From Planctomycetota bacterium (GTDB lineage Bacteria > Planctomycetota > PLA2 > JAEUHO01): a stretch of 64,000 nt of DNA. The position numbers were made by a program, and so were the translations under genes. Every line of letters starts with the position of its first letter. Positions within the stretch are counted from its first letter, which is position 1. This document shows, piece by piece, positions 20,001-29,123 of the stretch. Where the stretch lies: contig JANQJW010000014.1 in assembly GCA_028281445.1 (NCBI GenBank), positions 30,026-94,025 of the forward strand, in the 5' to 3' direction. The notes beneath the pieces are model-generated. The model saw only the letters and a program-made list of their open reading frames with translations. It ran no database searches and was not told the origin of the DNA.

Positions 20001-21647
20001 GTAGCGATTGAAGAGGCTCAGACCCGGGAGGTTGGCCAGGTTCTGGCCGACGGGCAGAACGTCCTGCCCGAACGCACCGCCGACCGTGTCGGAGACGGCC
20101 CAGTCGTATTCATTCTCGATCTCGGCAGTCGTCAGCGCCTGGAAGCGCGTGTTCTCGTGCGGCGAGTCGATACGGCCGTCAGCCCGCACGCCGCCCAGGG
20201 CGCGCAGCTTGAGGCCGGCTGCCATATGGAAGGTCGTGTCCGGGTTGTAGTTCTGGAGAACCTCGGCCTCGGGCAGGGTCGGCTTGCTCGCAAAGCTCTG
20301 CTCCAGCGTGACCGCCGGGTCCATCTCGAACGGGTTGCTCGCGGCGATGCTGAAGGAGATCGGCTTGAAGGCGTGCTGGCCGCGTTCCTTGGGAACGAGC
20401 GTGCTCCAGGCGTGGACGAAGACGCGGAAGTCACCGCGACGGCGCGGGGTGCCCAGGATGGCCCCGGCGCTGGCGCCGGAGGTCTTCATGTAGAGGCCTT
20501 CGGACGGATACGGATTGCCCGTGCCCGCGGGCGCGACCTGGTTGCCGCCGTAGTCGGGGCCGAAGTCGTTCAGTGCCGGATAGACCGTGCGGCTGGGGCC
20601 CGCCTGGCCGTTGACGGTGTCGACCGCCGCCGTCGCGTTGAGGCGGGCGTCGGACGACGGGCCGGCCTCGAGGAGCGTGATGGTCTTGCCGCCCTCGGTC
20701 GAGTTGACCGTCGGGACGGCAGGCGAGGCGAACGTGATGTCGTCGAACTTGCTCAGATCGTTCGTGGGATCGTCACCGGGAACGTCGTCCACGAACTCGA
20801 AGAGGAGCGGCGGGACGCCGTCGACCGCGGTAATCGAGTCGGAGAAGACGAGGCCGGCCTGGCCGTTCCCGAAGGTGTCCTGCGGCAGGATGATCGGGGG
20901 CGTATCGATCTTCCACTGGAACTTGCGCTCGGCCGAGTTGCCGACGCTGTCCGTGACGCGCACGGTGAAGCGGAAGGGGACACCACCGGGGAGGACCTGC
21001 GACGGGGTGCCGACGAGGGTGCAGGAGTTGGGCACCATCGAGACGCCGAGCGGAAGCGCCGGCGGGCCGTCGTTCGGATCGAGCGGATCGTCGACGATGA
21101 TGCAGCTGTACCCGGAGATGCCGGGGACGCCGCCCGCTGCGATGAGGTCGTAGGAGATGAAGGTACTGAACACCGTCGTCTCGAGCGCGTCGATGTCGTT
21201 GTACTTCGCCGGGTCGTTGAAGTTGGCGACCGGGATGATCGGCGGGTTCGCAGCAACGATCTTCAGGGGACCGACGCCGACCTCCCACGTAAACGAGGCG
21301 AAGGTCGAGAAGTCCGGCTCGCAGCCCACGTCGGTGATGCGGATCACCACCGGGAACCGGCCGCTCTCGAGCACGATGCCCGTGATGTGGTGACGGCCGT
21401 TGTCGTCATCCACCGCGACGCCGTCCGGCAGCCGACCGTCGATGATCTCGACGATGTACTGGCCCCCGCAACCGCCCTCGAGCTCGATGGCGAAGTCGAC
21501 CGCCTCACCGGAGAGGGTCTGGGGGAACGTGGTGCTCATGATCACGAGGGGATCAATGGGCACTCGATAGCCTTGTCCGCTGCCACACGACGGGGCGATG
21601 GCGAACGCAAGCAAGGCGACGAAAATGACGATGTAGCGCATGGGCAC
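17031..21647 (-). CDS. Very large (1538 aa) predicted lipoprotein/surface protein with N-terminal putative Ig-like (He_PIG/cadherin-like) domains. Function unknown.
   Basis: Signal peptide plus lipobox (LLAFAIAPSCGSG). Two N-terminal ~90-aa repeats have the He_PIG-type motif (ITGIVLESGRFPVVIRITDVG; LVGTPSQVLPGGVPFRFTVRVTDSVGNS). The rest is G/S/T/N-rich with no catalytic motifs. The ORF is uninterrupted. Confidence 0.6.
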   Translation of the reverse strand: MPMRYIVIFVALLAFAIAPSCGSGQGYRVPIDPLVIMSTTFPQTLSGEAVDFAIELEGGCGGQYIVEIIDGRLPDGVAVDDDNGRHHITGIVLESGRFPVVIRITDVGCEPDFSTFASFTWEVGVGPLKIVAANPPIIPVANFNDPAKYNDIDALETTVFSTFISYDLIAAGGVPGISGYSCIIVDDPLDPNDGPPALPLGVSMVPNSCTLVGTPSQVLPGGVPFRFTVRVTDSVGNSAERKFQWKIDTPPIILPQDTFGNGQAGLVFSDSITAVDGVPPLLFEFVDDVPGDDPTNDLSKFDDITFASPAVPTVNSTEGGKTITLLEAGPSSDARLNATAAVDTVNGQAGPSRTVYPALNDFGPDYGGNQVAPAGTGNPYPSEGLYMKTSGASAGAILGTPRRRGDFRVFVHAWSTLVPKERGQHAFKPISFSIAASNPFEMDPAVTLEQSFASKPTLPEAEVLQNYNPDTTFHMAAGLKLRALGGVRADGRIDSPHENTRFQALTTAEIENEYDWAVSDTVGGAFGQDVLPVGQNLANLPGLSLFNRYVGLFGTETAADQVALVRSSATDFDIQCNDWQLPLQVRNEVRRPFCISVGPDLVIVTESSVGSTATSTTSNGDYQMHDDQLILQKLEFIGGSGTVSPLGATELSVGTSIPGIAALNTPDDIGELLSTDEMDLLRPTPNPTHYGYDNHNMNPHGARARMNVDMQRSWSAWNNQYRSGGGSWQPSVSSLDIPPAPTVATVPGYSNGVRNDGGQLYFYETKDTTANSKRIGVFIIRKNSQIYVPWACLKGTNGVEHFADGVSADIKFGASSILTAVPVTVSPDNRFAAFKVTSHNDNPGGTSTSLSSRSLVSNSRIVIISLCGEALWGGNTYKFVDPTPGVSDNYLYSTSMAMSNDYLYWLTGQNSGATASIEGHWVHRLRIDDGSGAGSLAPVAAANANWTQTTTVPMDCPFHLWNTLVQRASAFAPGGTTFYFTTQDEMYLYDGWNGFESSLAPMPFRCSGDGGHMACLAGPNQPSAGSANVMSHYVWVDSNGNGFRQASATRRHMPQGAGRGYSLTRGPRNYQHWGRFTGPTTGFEICHDGSRVAGCYNTRGTINSWFGSNSEWNNNRQDVFAVSATGGNAADPWTSRTGDVLITPTKFGGTILWRFGALVFTKDGDGLFFWGGMSAHNGTSTASPTRGNSSSASYHFSGQFYSYNFLNDEVRYVMPTTAGGTTGGGGLITTAFVPNPTSTYVQTAGNVKPMGGFISKNGNFFYVVNMHPNSSSDQTQLTLLGINISSLTGPTINGHAAGRGFKLGNWPNRRGFIPNYYYQPHYVLDDAYYLAAHAQIAGLQHLNRETGNVYFASHYQRSGPTQQTGTSSFTVFSGPQIPQFWGDYGYVGGAIEGFAADVGGPINRLSTNTTSNTATRMINYISVDPKGDRLAYVYNTGGTTVRHEREFVGVVRNIRLNPTTGALEGTLDAFNAEAAQGRAGEKMAFDTGGTKLYYAFKSGGANEDVKELVEYAVNPATNARTPTRRPGGERFSVLHAGR

Positions 21648-22176
21648 TCCTGAAGGCCTCTGGACCTACCGCGCGGGAATCCTACCTGCCGGGCTCCGAC
21701 ACCGTAAGTCCGTACCCCTACGCCAGTAGAGGCCAAAACGGACGATTCGATGCCTGCCCGGTCGGACCAGCCTCCCAACGCACCTTCCTAGCGCGTGGAG
21801 ACCTCTGGCCCGGCCCCCCGACTGCAATCCAAAGGCCCATTGCCCCGCAACCCGCCGCAGCGCATAAGCCATTTATGTAACAAGGTTTGCACGGGGAGCG
21901 GGGCATGGGGCCCAGGGCTCGGTCCGTGCGGCGATGGGCCGTCGAGCGATTCCGCACGGATGCCAGCACGCATCTGAAGTGAATCCGTCAGACTTCCAAA
22001 CGCTCCCTGAACGGGCCGGAACAGGCGATTTCTGGGGCTCTGGGCCCAGGACCGTGTACTGAAGCGTGTGGGGTGGGGCGGCGTGTAGCAGAACGAGACG
22101 CTGAATTGGAGTGCGGAGGCGGCTGGGGACGGCGTTGACACCGCGCACGCCACATCGTGTTCGCCGGTGCGGGGCT

Positions 22177-22308
22177 CGATGTAGGGGCGACCCGAGGCCC
22201 CTGGCCGAGTGGTCGGCCCGGTTCGGCGGATCGGGTACCGCGATCTATGGAGCAAGGACGTCGCGGGCCGACCACTCGCTCGCGCTCGGGTCGGTCGCCC
22301 CTACATCG
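22177..22308. repeat. Palindromic intergenic repeat element, family A, copy 1: two ~43-bp inverted arms around a ~43-bp spacer.
   Basis: cgatgtaggggcgacccgaggcccctggccgagtggtcggcccg ... cgggccgaccactcgctcgcgctcgggtcggtcgcccctacatcg. The arms are reverse complements. The same arm sequence recurs at 37029..37148 and 43098..43218. Confidence 0.8.
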
Positions 22309-22343
22309 CCCGGACCCTGTGCGCACACGGGTCCGACGACGCG

Positions 22344-23897
22344 CTACCGCCAGAGCAGCCCGAGCGACTGCGCCGCTTCGTGCGCCCACTCGTAGAAGGG
22401 CCCCATCGCGATACCCATCCCGACCATCGCGACCATGCCGAACACCAGGACGCCACGCGTGATGGGATGGATCGCGATCGGCGGCTCGTCGGCGGTCTCC
22501 GGCGCCGGCGCGCGGAGGTACATCTCCTTGATCCACAAGAAGTAGAAGTACAAGCCGATGATGACCGCCGCCGCGCCGATGACGGCGAGGGCGATCATGC
22601 CCTTGTCGATCACGGCGTTGAGGATCAGGAACTTCGCGAAGAAGCCGGCCATCGGCGGGACGCCTGCCAGCGAGAGCAGGGCGAGGCACATGGCCAGCGC
22701 GAGGAACGGAGAGCGCCGCGCGAGACCGGTCCAGGCGGCGGCCCCGTGGGTACCCGTCGCGGCCGATACCGCGATGATCACCGTGAAGGCCGTCACGCTC
22801 GTGACGAAGTAGGCCATGATGTAGAACAGCAATGCCGACGGCCCGAAGGGCTCGCCGCTGCCGCCGGACGCCGCCATCGCGGCGATGCCCATGATCATGT
22901 AGCCCGCGTGACCGATCGACGAGAAGGCCAGCATGCGCTTCATGTCGCGCTGCGGGATCGCACTCAGCACGCCGAAGAGCAGCGTGAGCGCGGCGACCGC
23001 GCCGAGCAGCAGCGCCCAGGACCCGGAATCCGGATTGTCGAGCGCCGGCAGGAACGCTGCTTCGCCAAAGCGGAGCAGCAGAATCACGCCGGCCGCCTTG
23101 GACGCCGTGATCAGGAACGCCGTCACCGGGCTCGGCGCGCCTTCGTAGACGTCGGGGATCCAGACGTGGAACGGCACGCCGCCGACCTTGAAGAACAGGC
23201 CGACCAGCACGAACGCGATGCCCAGCACCAGGAATGCACTCGGCGGGCCCGAGGCCACGCTCTTGGCGAGGGCCTCAAAAGAGATCGAACCCGTCGCGCC
23301 GTAGATCAACGCGATGCCGAGCAGCAGCACCGCCGTCGATACGGCGCCGATCACGAGGTACTTCAGGCCGGCCTCGGTGGAGCGTAGGTCGTTGCGCCGG
23401 AAGGCCGCCAGGATGTAGGCCATGATCGTGACCAGCTCGAGGCACACGAAGAGGGACAGCATGTCCGACACGCCCGAGACGAGCATGACGCCGAGCAGCG
23501 CGAAGAGCAGCAGCGCGTAGAACTCACCGTGACCGCGGTCCATCCGGCGGGTGAACGGCATCGCCATGAGGACCAGCAACGCCCCTCCGCCGGCGATGAC
23601 GGCGCGCGAGAAGATGGAGAACGCGTCAGAACGCCAGCCGGAAATCATCTCGCCGGCTTCGCCCTTCACGTGGATGGCGAACTGCGTGCTCGTCGGCTCC
23701 ATGGTGAGGAGCACGATGAACGCGATGACGAGGCCGATGAGCGACGTCCAGGCCGTGGCGGCCGCCCGGCGGCCGGCCGGTAGCACGAGCTCGGGGATGA
23801 TCGCGCCGAGCGCGGTGCCGGCCACGATGAACTCCGGCAGCATGAGCTGCAGGTTCGGCGTCAGGGCTTCAGGCAGCTCGATACCGAGGAAGATCAT
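22344..23897 (-). CDS. nuoN: NADH-quinone oxidoreductase subunit N.
   Basis: Polytopic antiporter-like subunit. Last gene of the nuo operon. Overlaps the nuoM stop (ATGA). Confidence 0.85.
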   Translation of the reverse strand: MIFLGIELPEALTPNLQLMLPEFIVAGTALGAIIPELVLPAGRRAAATAWTSLIGLVIAFIVLLTMEPTSTQFAIHVKGEAGEMISGWRSDAFSIFSRAVIAGGGALLVLMAMPFTRRMDRGHGEFYALLLFALLGVMLVSGVSDMLSLFVCLELVTIMAYILAAFRRNDLRSTEAGLKYLVIGAVSTAVLLLGIALIYGATGSISFEALAKSVASGPPSAFLVLGIAFVLVGLFFKVGGVPFHVWIPDVYEGAPSPVTAFLITASKAAGVILLLRFGEAAFLPALDNPDSGSWALLLGAVAALTLLFGVLSAIPQRDMKRMLAFSSIGHAGYMIMGIAAMAASGGSGEPFGPSALLFYIMAYFVTSVTAFTVIIAVSAATGTHGAAAWTGLARRSPFLALAMCLALLSLAGVPPMAGFFAKFLILNAVIDKGMIALAVIGAAAVIIGLYFYFLWIKEMYLRAPAPETADEPPIAIHPITRGVLVFGMVAMVGMGIAMGPFYEWAHEAAQSLGLLWR

Positions 23898-25558
23898 CGG
23901 TCGCCCTCCTCGTTGATGGAATGGACGCTCGAAGGCTTCCCCTTCGATGAATCCACGTCGGGGACGATTACCATGCGGGTCTTGCCCGCCTCCCGCTCGA
24001 GACGCGCACTGCGCGCCGCCTTGCCTTCATCGAGGCGCTTGACCAGCGGCTTCACGCCCTGCTCCACGCACTCGACCATGGGCTGCGGATAGAAGCCGAA
24101 GATCACCAGCACCGCGACGAGCATCACGAACGGCGCGCGCTCCGAGAAGCTCCGGGCGTCCTTCAAGCCCGCCCACTTCTCGTCCATCTCGCCGAAGAAG
24201 GCGTCCTTCACCGCACGCAGCAGGTATACGCCCGTGATGACGAGCCCCCAGACCGCGAGGATCGCGGGGATGCCCAGCCACAAGTTGCTCTGCCAGGCGC
24301 CGATGATCACGAGCAGCTCGCTTACGAAGTTCGCAAAGCCCGGCAATCCGGCCGACGCCATCGACGCGATCACGAAGCACGTCCCGACGAAGGGCATGAC
24401 CTTCATGAGGCCGCCGAGGTCGTCGAGCATGCGCGTGTGGGTCTGGTCGTAGAACCACCCGATCAGCGAGAAGGCCAGGGCCGTCATGATGCCGTGCGCG
24501 AACATCAGGAACACGGCGCCCTCGACGCCGATCATCGTCGCGGACGCCACGCCGAGCAGCACGTAGCCCATGTGGCTGGACGACGAGTAGCCGATGATCA
24601 GCTTCATGTCGCGCTGCGCGATGGCCACGAGGCCGCCGTAGATGATGTTCATGCAGCAGAGGATGCCGACGTAGGGCAGGTAGGCTGCCGCCGCCTCCGG
24701 GAAGTACGTGCACGTGATGCGCAGGATGCCGAAGGCGCCGAGCTTCATGAGCACGCCGGCGTGGAGCATGGACACAGCGGCGGGGGCGGCGGCGTGGCCG
24801 GCGGGGCTCCAGCTGTGCAGCGGCCACATCGGAACGAGCGCGGCGAACCCGAGGAAGATGACCGGGAACCAGATCATCTGGAAGCTCGAGGAGAAACTGT
24901 GCTCCTCCAGGGCGACCATGTTGAAGGTGCTCGCGTCGCTGTAGACGCTGATGAGGCCGATCAGCGCCATCACGGCGCCGGCGCTCAGCAGCAGAACCAG
25001 CTTCATCGTGGCGTAGTTCTGATCGACCGTCTTCGTCGTGCTGCCCCAGATGCCGATGAGCAGGTACATCGGGATCACGGCCAGCTCGTAGAAGAAGTAG
25101 TAGAAGAACAGATCCAGCGCGGAGAACACGCCAAAGACGCCCGTCACGAGCGCCAGCAGGCAGATGTAGTACTCCTTGACCCGGTTCTGGACCGTGTAGC
25201 TCACCATCACGCCCGCGAAGATGATGAACGCGGTCAGCAGGACCATCGCCAGGCCCATGCCGTCGACGCCGAGCCGGAACGAGAGGCCGAGGCTCTCGAC
25301 CCAGTCGACCTCGATGCCGTACTTGTAGACGTGCTCGGTCTCGGTGCCGGCGTTGGCCGTGAACGCGGCGGCTTGCTCGGGTGTCTCGTACTTGGCTTCG
25401 GCGAAGCCGAAGAACAGCATCAACGAAACCAGCAGCGAGATCGCGGTGGCAGCCGTCGCGATGCCGCGGATCGTGCGCTTGTTGTCCTCCTTCACGAAGA
25501 ACAGCAGCACGGTCGCGACGGCGGGTGCGAGCAGGATGAGCAGGAGGGGGTTCATCAC
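23894..25558 (-). CDS. nuoM: NADH-quinone oxidoreductase subunit M.
   Basis: Antiporter-like subunit, 554 aa. Position in the operon. Confidence 0.85.
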   Translation of the reverse strand: MMNPLLLILLAPAVATVLLFFVKEDNKRTIRGIATAATAISLLVSLMLFFGFAEAKYETPEQAAAFTANAGTETEHVYKYGIEVDWVESLGLSFRLGVDGMGLAMVLLTAFIIFAGVMVSYTVQNRVKEYYICLLALVTGVFGVFSALDLFFYYFFYELAVIPMYLLIGIWGSTTKTVDQNYATMKLVLLLSAGAVMALIGLISVYSDASTFNMVALEEHSFSSSFQMIWFPVIFLGFAALVPMWPLHSWSPAGHAAAPAAVSMLHAGVLMKLGAFGILRITCTYFPEAAAAYLPYVGILCCMNIIYGGLVAIAQRDMKLIIGYSSSSHMGYVLLGVASATMIGVEGAVFLMFAHGIMTALAFSLIGWFYDQTHTRMLDDLGGLMKVMPFVGTCFVIASMASAGLPGFANFVSELLVIIGAWQSNLWLGIPAILAVWGLVITGVYLLRAVKDAFFGEMDEKWAGLKDARSFSERAPFVMLVAVLVIFGFYPQPMVECVEQGVKPLVKRLDEGKAARSARLEREAGKTRMVIVPDVDSSKGKPSSVHSINEEGDR

Positions 25559-27591
25559 TCACCTCCCAGCTGCAGCAGCACGAGCAGCGCCACGACCGCA
25601 GCGCCGAGAAGGAAGGACGTCACGTAGCTCCCCAGAAGACCGGTCTGCACGCGCCGGACGCGGTCGCCGGCAATACGAACGGGCTGCGAAATGCCGTCAT
25701 TGATCACGGCCTGGATCAGGACCCAGCGCTCGAAGAACCACGCGACCTTCGCGATGCCCTGCTGGACCGTGCGGACCAGCCAGAGGTAGAAGTCGTCGAT
25801 GTAGTACAGGCGGTCCCAGAGCGTCCAGACGCCGCCCAGCTTGGCCGGCAGCGGGTCCTCCGCGGGCGAACTGCCGTAGACCTTCTTGGCCAGCTGCCAG
25901 CCGCCGATCGCGACGAGCGTCGAACCGATCGCAAGCCACCAGTGGAACGACGGGTGGAAGTCGCCGAGGCCCAGGTAGTCCGAGATGAGGTTGTTCTGCC
26001 AGCCGCCCAAGAGACCCGCCGGGATGCCGATGAAGCCGATGAAGAGACTGAACGCCGCAAGGATCTGCAGCGGCATCGTCATCACCTTCGGGCTCTCGTG
26101 CGCCTCGTGGTCGCCGCGATACTCGCCCGAGAAGGTCAGGTACGTGGCGCGCCACATGTAGAAGGCGGTCATCCCGGCAACGATCACGCCGAGCGCGAGG
26201 AGCAGCGGAGCGCCGCCGACCATGGGCGTATCACCCGTTGCGCCGAGGATCTCGTCCTTCGACCACCAGCCCGCGATGGGCAGCAGCGCGGTCAGGGAGA
26301 TCGTGCCGATGATCCACGTCTTGTAGGTCTTCGGCATGATCTTCTTCAGGCCGCCCATCTTGAACATGTCCTGCTCGTGGTGGCAGCCGTGGATGACGCT
26401 GCCTGCGCACAGGAACAAGAGGGCCTTGAAGAACGCGTGTGTCGTGAGGTGGAACATCGCCGCGCTGTACGCGCCGGCACCCAGCGCCATCGTCATGTAG
26501 CCGAGTTGGGACAGCGTCGAGTAGGCCAGCACCTTCTTGATGTCACGCTGCGTGATCGCCATCGATGCGGCCACGAGCGCGGTGATGCCGCCGATCCAGC
26601 AGATCAGCGTCGGCGCCCAGGAAGCCCAGGCGAAGAGGAAGTTCGCGCGGATCACCATGTAGACGCCGGCCGCGACCATCGTGGCGGCGTGCATCAGCGC
26701 GGAGACCGGCGTCGGGCCTTCCATGGCGTCGGGCAGCCAAACGTGCAGCGGGAACTGCGCGCTCTTGCCCATCGCGCCGCAGAACACGAGCGCAGCCGCG
26801 ATGGCGGCGGCGGTCGTCCCGGCCATGGCCCAGCCCTCGTTCTTCACGAAGGCGTCGAAGAGCGCCATCGGCACGGCCTTGTCGCCGACCATCGTGGCGG
26901 CCTTGATCGCCTCGAAGTCGAAGGTGTAGACGCCCGTGACCGAGCCCATCGCCCCCCAGACCATGAGGATGCCGAGCAGGAAGCCGAAGTCGCCGACGCG
27001 GTTCGTCATGAACGCCTTCTTGGCGGCCTCGCCCGCGGAGTCCTTCTTCCAGTAGTAGCCGATGAGCAGGTAGGACGAGACGCCCACAAGCTCCCAGAAG
27101 ATGAACGTCTGGAAGAAGTTCGACGAGATCACGATGCCGAGCATCGAGAAGACGAACAGCGCGAACTTGCCGAAGAAACGGCCCATGCTCGGGTCGCCCT
27201 TCATGTAGCCCAGCGCGTAGATGAAGATCGCCGAGCCCACGCCGGTGACGACGATCATCATGGTGATCGCGAGGTGGTCGATGCGCGTGCCGAACTCGAT
27301 GACCGGACTGCCGTCGACCGTCACCCAGGCGTGGATCGCCTCCCAGGTCGTGCGCTCCCCCAGGGACGGGAAGAAGTAGACAAAGAGCGTGATCGCGAGG
27401 CCCAGCAACACCGAACCGCACGAGAGCGCTGCGGCGACGTTGACGTTCTTGCGAATCGCGGGCACGCAGGTGACCAGGAACGCCACGAGCAACGGCGCGA
27501 AGAGCACGATCCACGACGCATACGCGGCGAAGCCCTCCGTGATGACCGTAGCCTTGCCGGCCGCACCCGCAATGATGATCGGAAGGTCCAT
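25555..27591 (-). CDS. nuoL: NADH-quinone oxidoreductase subunit L.
   Basis: 678 aa. N-terminal region and long C-terminal extension typical of NuoL. Position in the operon. Confidence 0.85.
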   Translation of the reverse strand: MDLPIIIAGAAGKATVITEGFAAYASWIVLFAPLLVAFLVTCVPAIRKNVNVAAALSCGSVLLGLAITLFVYFFPSLGERTTWEAIHAWVTVDGSPVIEFGTRIDHLAITMMIVVTGVGSAIFIYALGYMKGDPSMGRFFGKFALFVFSMLGIVISSNFFQTFIFWELVGVSSYLLIGYYWKKDSAGEAAKKAFMTNRVGDFGFLLGILMVWGAMGSVTGVYTFDFEAIKAATMVGDKAVPMALFDAFVKNEGWAMAGTTAAAIAAALVFCGAMGKSAQFPLHVWLPDAMEGPTPVSALMHAATMVAAGVYMVIRANFLFAWASWAPTLICWIGGITALVAASMAITQRDIKKVLAYSTLSQLGYMTMALGAGAYSAAMFHLTTHAFFKALLFLCAGSVIHGCHHEQDMFKMGGLKKIMPKTYKTWIIGTISLTALLPIAGWWSKDEILGATGDTPMVGGAPLLLALGVIVAGMTAFYMWRATYLTFSGEYRGDHEAHESPKVMTMPLQILAAFSLFIGFIGIPAGLLGGWQNNLISDYLGLGDFHPSFHWWLAIGSTLVAIGGWQLAKKVYGSSPAEDPLPAKLGGVWTLWDRLYYIDDFYLWLVRTVQQGIAKVAWFFERWVLIQAVINDGISQPVRIAGDRVRRVQTGLLGSYVTSFLLGAAVVALLVLLQLGGE

Positions 27592-27594
27592 GGC

Positions 27595-28065
27595 CTAGGC
27601 ACCCCCCGTAGCGGCCGGCTCGGGCGCGGGGTCCGGCTCGGCATCGCCGTGGTCGTGATCATCGTGGCCGTGGTCGTCGTCGTGATGATGCTTGGGCTCA
27701 CCCTCGAGCTTGAGCTCGGGCACGTCCCCGTAGTCGGCCTCGCGCAGGTCGGAGGCGTCGTCGACGTTCGCGCTGCGGCGCAGGCGATAGACGGCAATCA
27801 CGATCGCCAGACCGACGGCGACCTCGGCCGCCGCGACGGTCATCGAGAAGAAGACGAAGACCTGGCCGCTGAGATCGCCGTGCAGCCGCGAGAAGCCGAC
27901 GAGGACGAGGTTGGCCGCGTTCAGCATGATCTCGACCGAGAGCAGCATGATCAGGATGTTGCGGCGGCAGGCCACGCCGAGCAGGCCGATGGCAAAGAGG
28001 ATGAAGCCCAGGCCGATAACCCACTCGATGGGCACGGTCAGGCTGGCGAGCGGGAGGGCGATCAC
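27595..28065 (-). CDS. nuoK: NADH-quinone oxidoreductase subunit K with an unusual ~55-aa His/Asp-rich C-terminal extension.
   Basis: Conserved NuoK core ([13 protein letters not shown]...[12 protein letters not shown]...[12 protein letters not shown]). Tail: ...[35 protein letters not shown] start at 28065 overlaps the nuoJ stop. Confidence 0.75.
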   Translation of the reverse strand: MIALPLASLTVPIEWVIGLGFILFAIGLLGVACRRNILIMLLSVEIMLNAANLVLVGFSRLHGDLSGQVFVFFSMTVAAAEVAVGLAIVIAVYRLRRSANVDDASDLREADYGDVPELKLEGEPKHHHDDDHGHDDHDHGDAEPDPAPEPAATGGA

Positions 28066-28565
28066 GTCAGCCTCCGCTTCGTCAGGATCACGGCGCCCAG
28101 GATAGCGCCGAGCAGCAGGATGCTCGTGACCTCGAAGGCGAGCAGCCACTTGCCGAAGATGGCACCGCCGATGGCACCGGCGCTGCCGTCGAGGTCCGCA
28201 ACCGTTCCGGAGAACGTCCCGGCGTCGATCGCCTGGAAGAGCGCGATCCCGGCAACGACCAGGAAGAGCACCGAGGCGAAGACGCCCAGCACGGGCAGCT
28301 TGGGCTTGCCTTCGTGCTCGAGATACTCGCTGCGCAGATCGAGCAGCATGATCACGAAGAGGAAGAGCACCATGATGGCGCCCGCGTAGACGAGGATCTG
28401 AACGGCAGCGACGAAGTACGCCTCCAGCACGACGTAGCCGCCGGCTAGAGAGAAGAACATCACCACCAGCCAGATGGCCGAAGCCACCGGATTCTGGCGT
28501 GTCACAGCGGTCAGCGCAGAGGCGATCGCAGTGGCACCGAAGATGAGGAACAAGGCCTGGGTCAT
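28062..28565 (-). CDS. nuoJ: NADH-quinone oxidoreductase subunit J.
   Basis: Conserved NuoJ core; start at MTQALF. Position in the operon. Confidence 0.8.
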   Translation of the reverse strand: MTQALFLIFGATAIASALTAVTRQNPVASAIWLVVMFFSLAGGYVVLEAYFVAAVQILVYAGAIMVLFLFVIMLLDLRSEYLEHEGKPKLPVLGVFASVLFLVVAGIALFQAIDAGTFSGTVADLDGSAGAIGGAIFGKWLLAFEVTSILLLGAILGAVILTKRRLT

Positions 28566-28616
28566 GGCGCTACGAGTACGTCTCCCTCCCTGTGGCCGCG
28601 GCGGCAATGCGCCGGA

Positions 28617-29123
28617 CTACTTGTCCTTCCACTTCTTGACGCCCTTGGAGCGGACGCCGCCCAGCTCGTAGAGCTTGTCTTTGTTGAACACGAGTTCCTC
28701 GCGCGTGGCGCCGGAGACCGTGTACTGCTTCGACATGAAGATTGCTTCTTCCGGGCACGCCTCTTCGCACAGCCCGCAGTAGATGCAGCGGAGCATGTTG
28801 ATGTCGAAGACGGCCGGACCGCGCTCGACCTTGTTGCCCTCTTCGAGCTCCTGGCCGACGATGTAGATCGCCTTGGGCGGGCACACGTACTCGCAGAGCG
28901 AGCATGCGACGCACTTCTCGCGGCCCTCGTCGTCCTTGACCAGCACGGGCACACCGCGGTAGCGCTCACCGACGGTCCACGTCTCTTCGGGGTACTGCAT
29001 CGTCACCTTCGGCTTGAACATGCGCTTGAAGGTGATCGAGAGGCCTTTGAAGATCGCGGGCAGGTAGAGGCGGTCGATGAACGTCGCCTTGCGGCGGCGG
29101 ACCGGCTTGACGGTGGCGGTCAT
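28617..29123 (-). CDS. nuoI: NADH-quinone oxidoreductase subunit I (2x[4Fe-4S] ferredoxin).
   Basis: Two motifs: CVACSLCEYVCP and CIYCGLCEEACP. Confidence 0.9.
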   Translation of the reverse strand: MTATVKPVRRRKATFIDRLYLPAIFKGLSITFKRMFKPKVTMQYPEETWTVGERYRGVPVLVKDDEGREKCVACSLCEYVCPPKAIYIVGQELEEGNKVERGPAVFDINMLRCIYCGLCEEACPEEAIFMSKQYTVSGATREELVFNKDKLYELGGVRSKGVKKWKDK

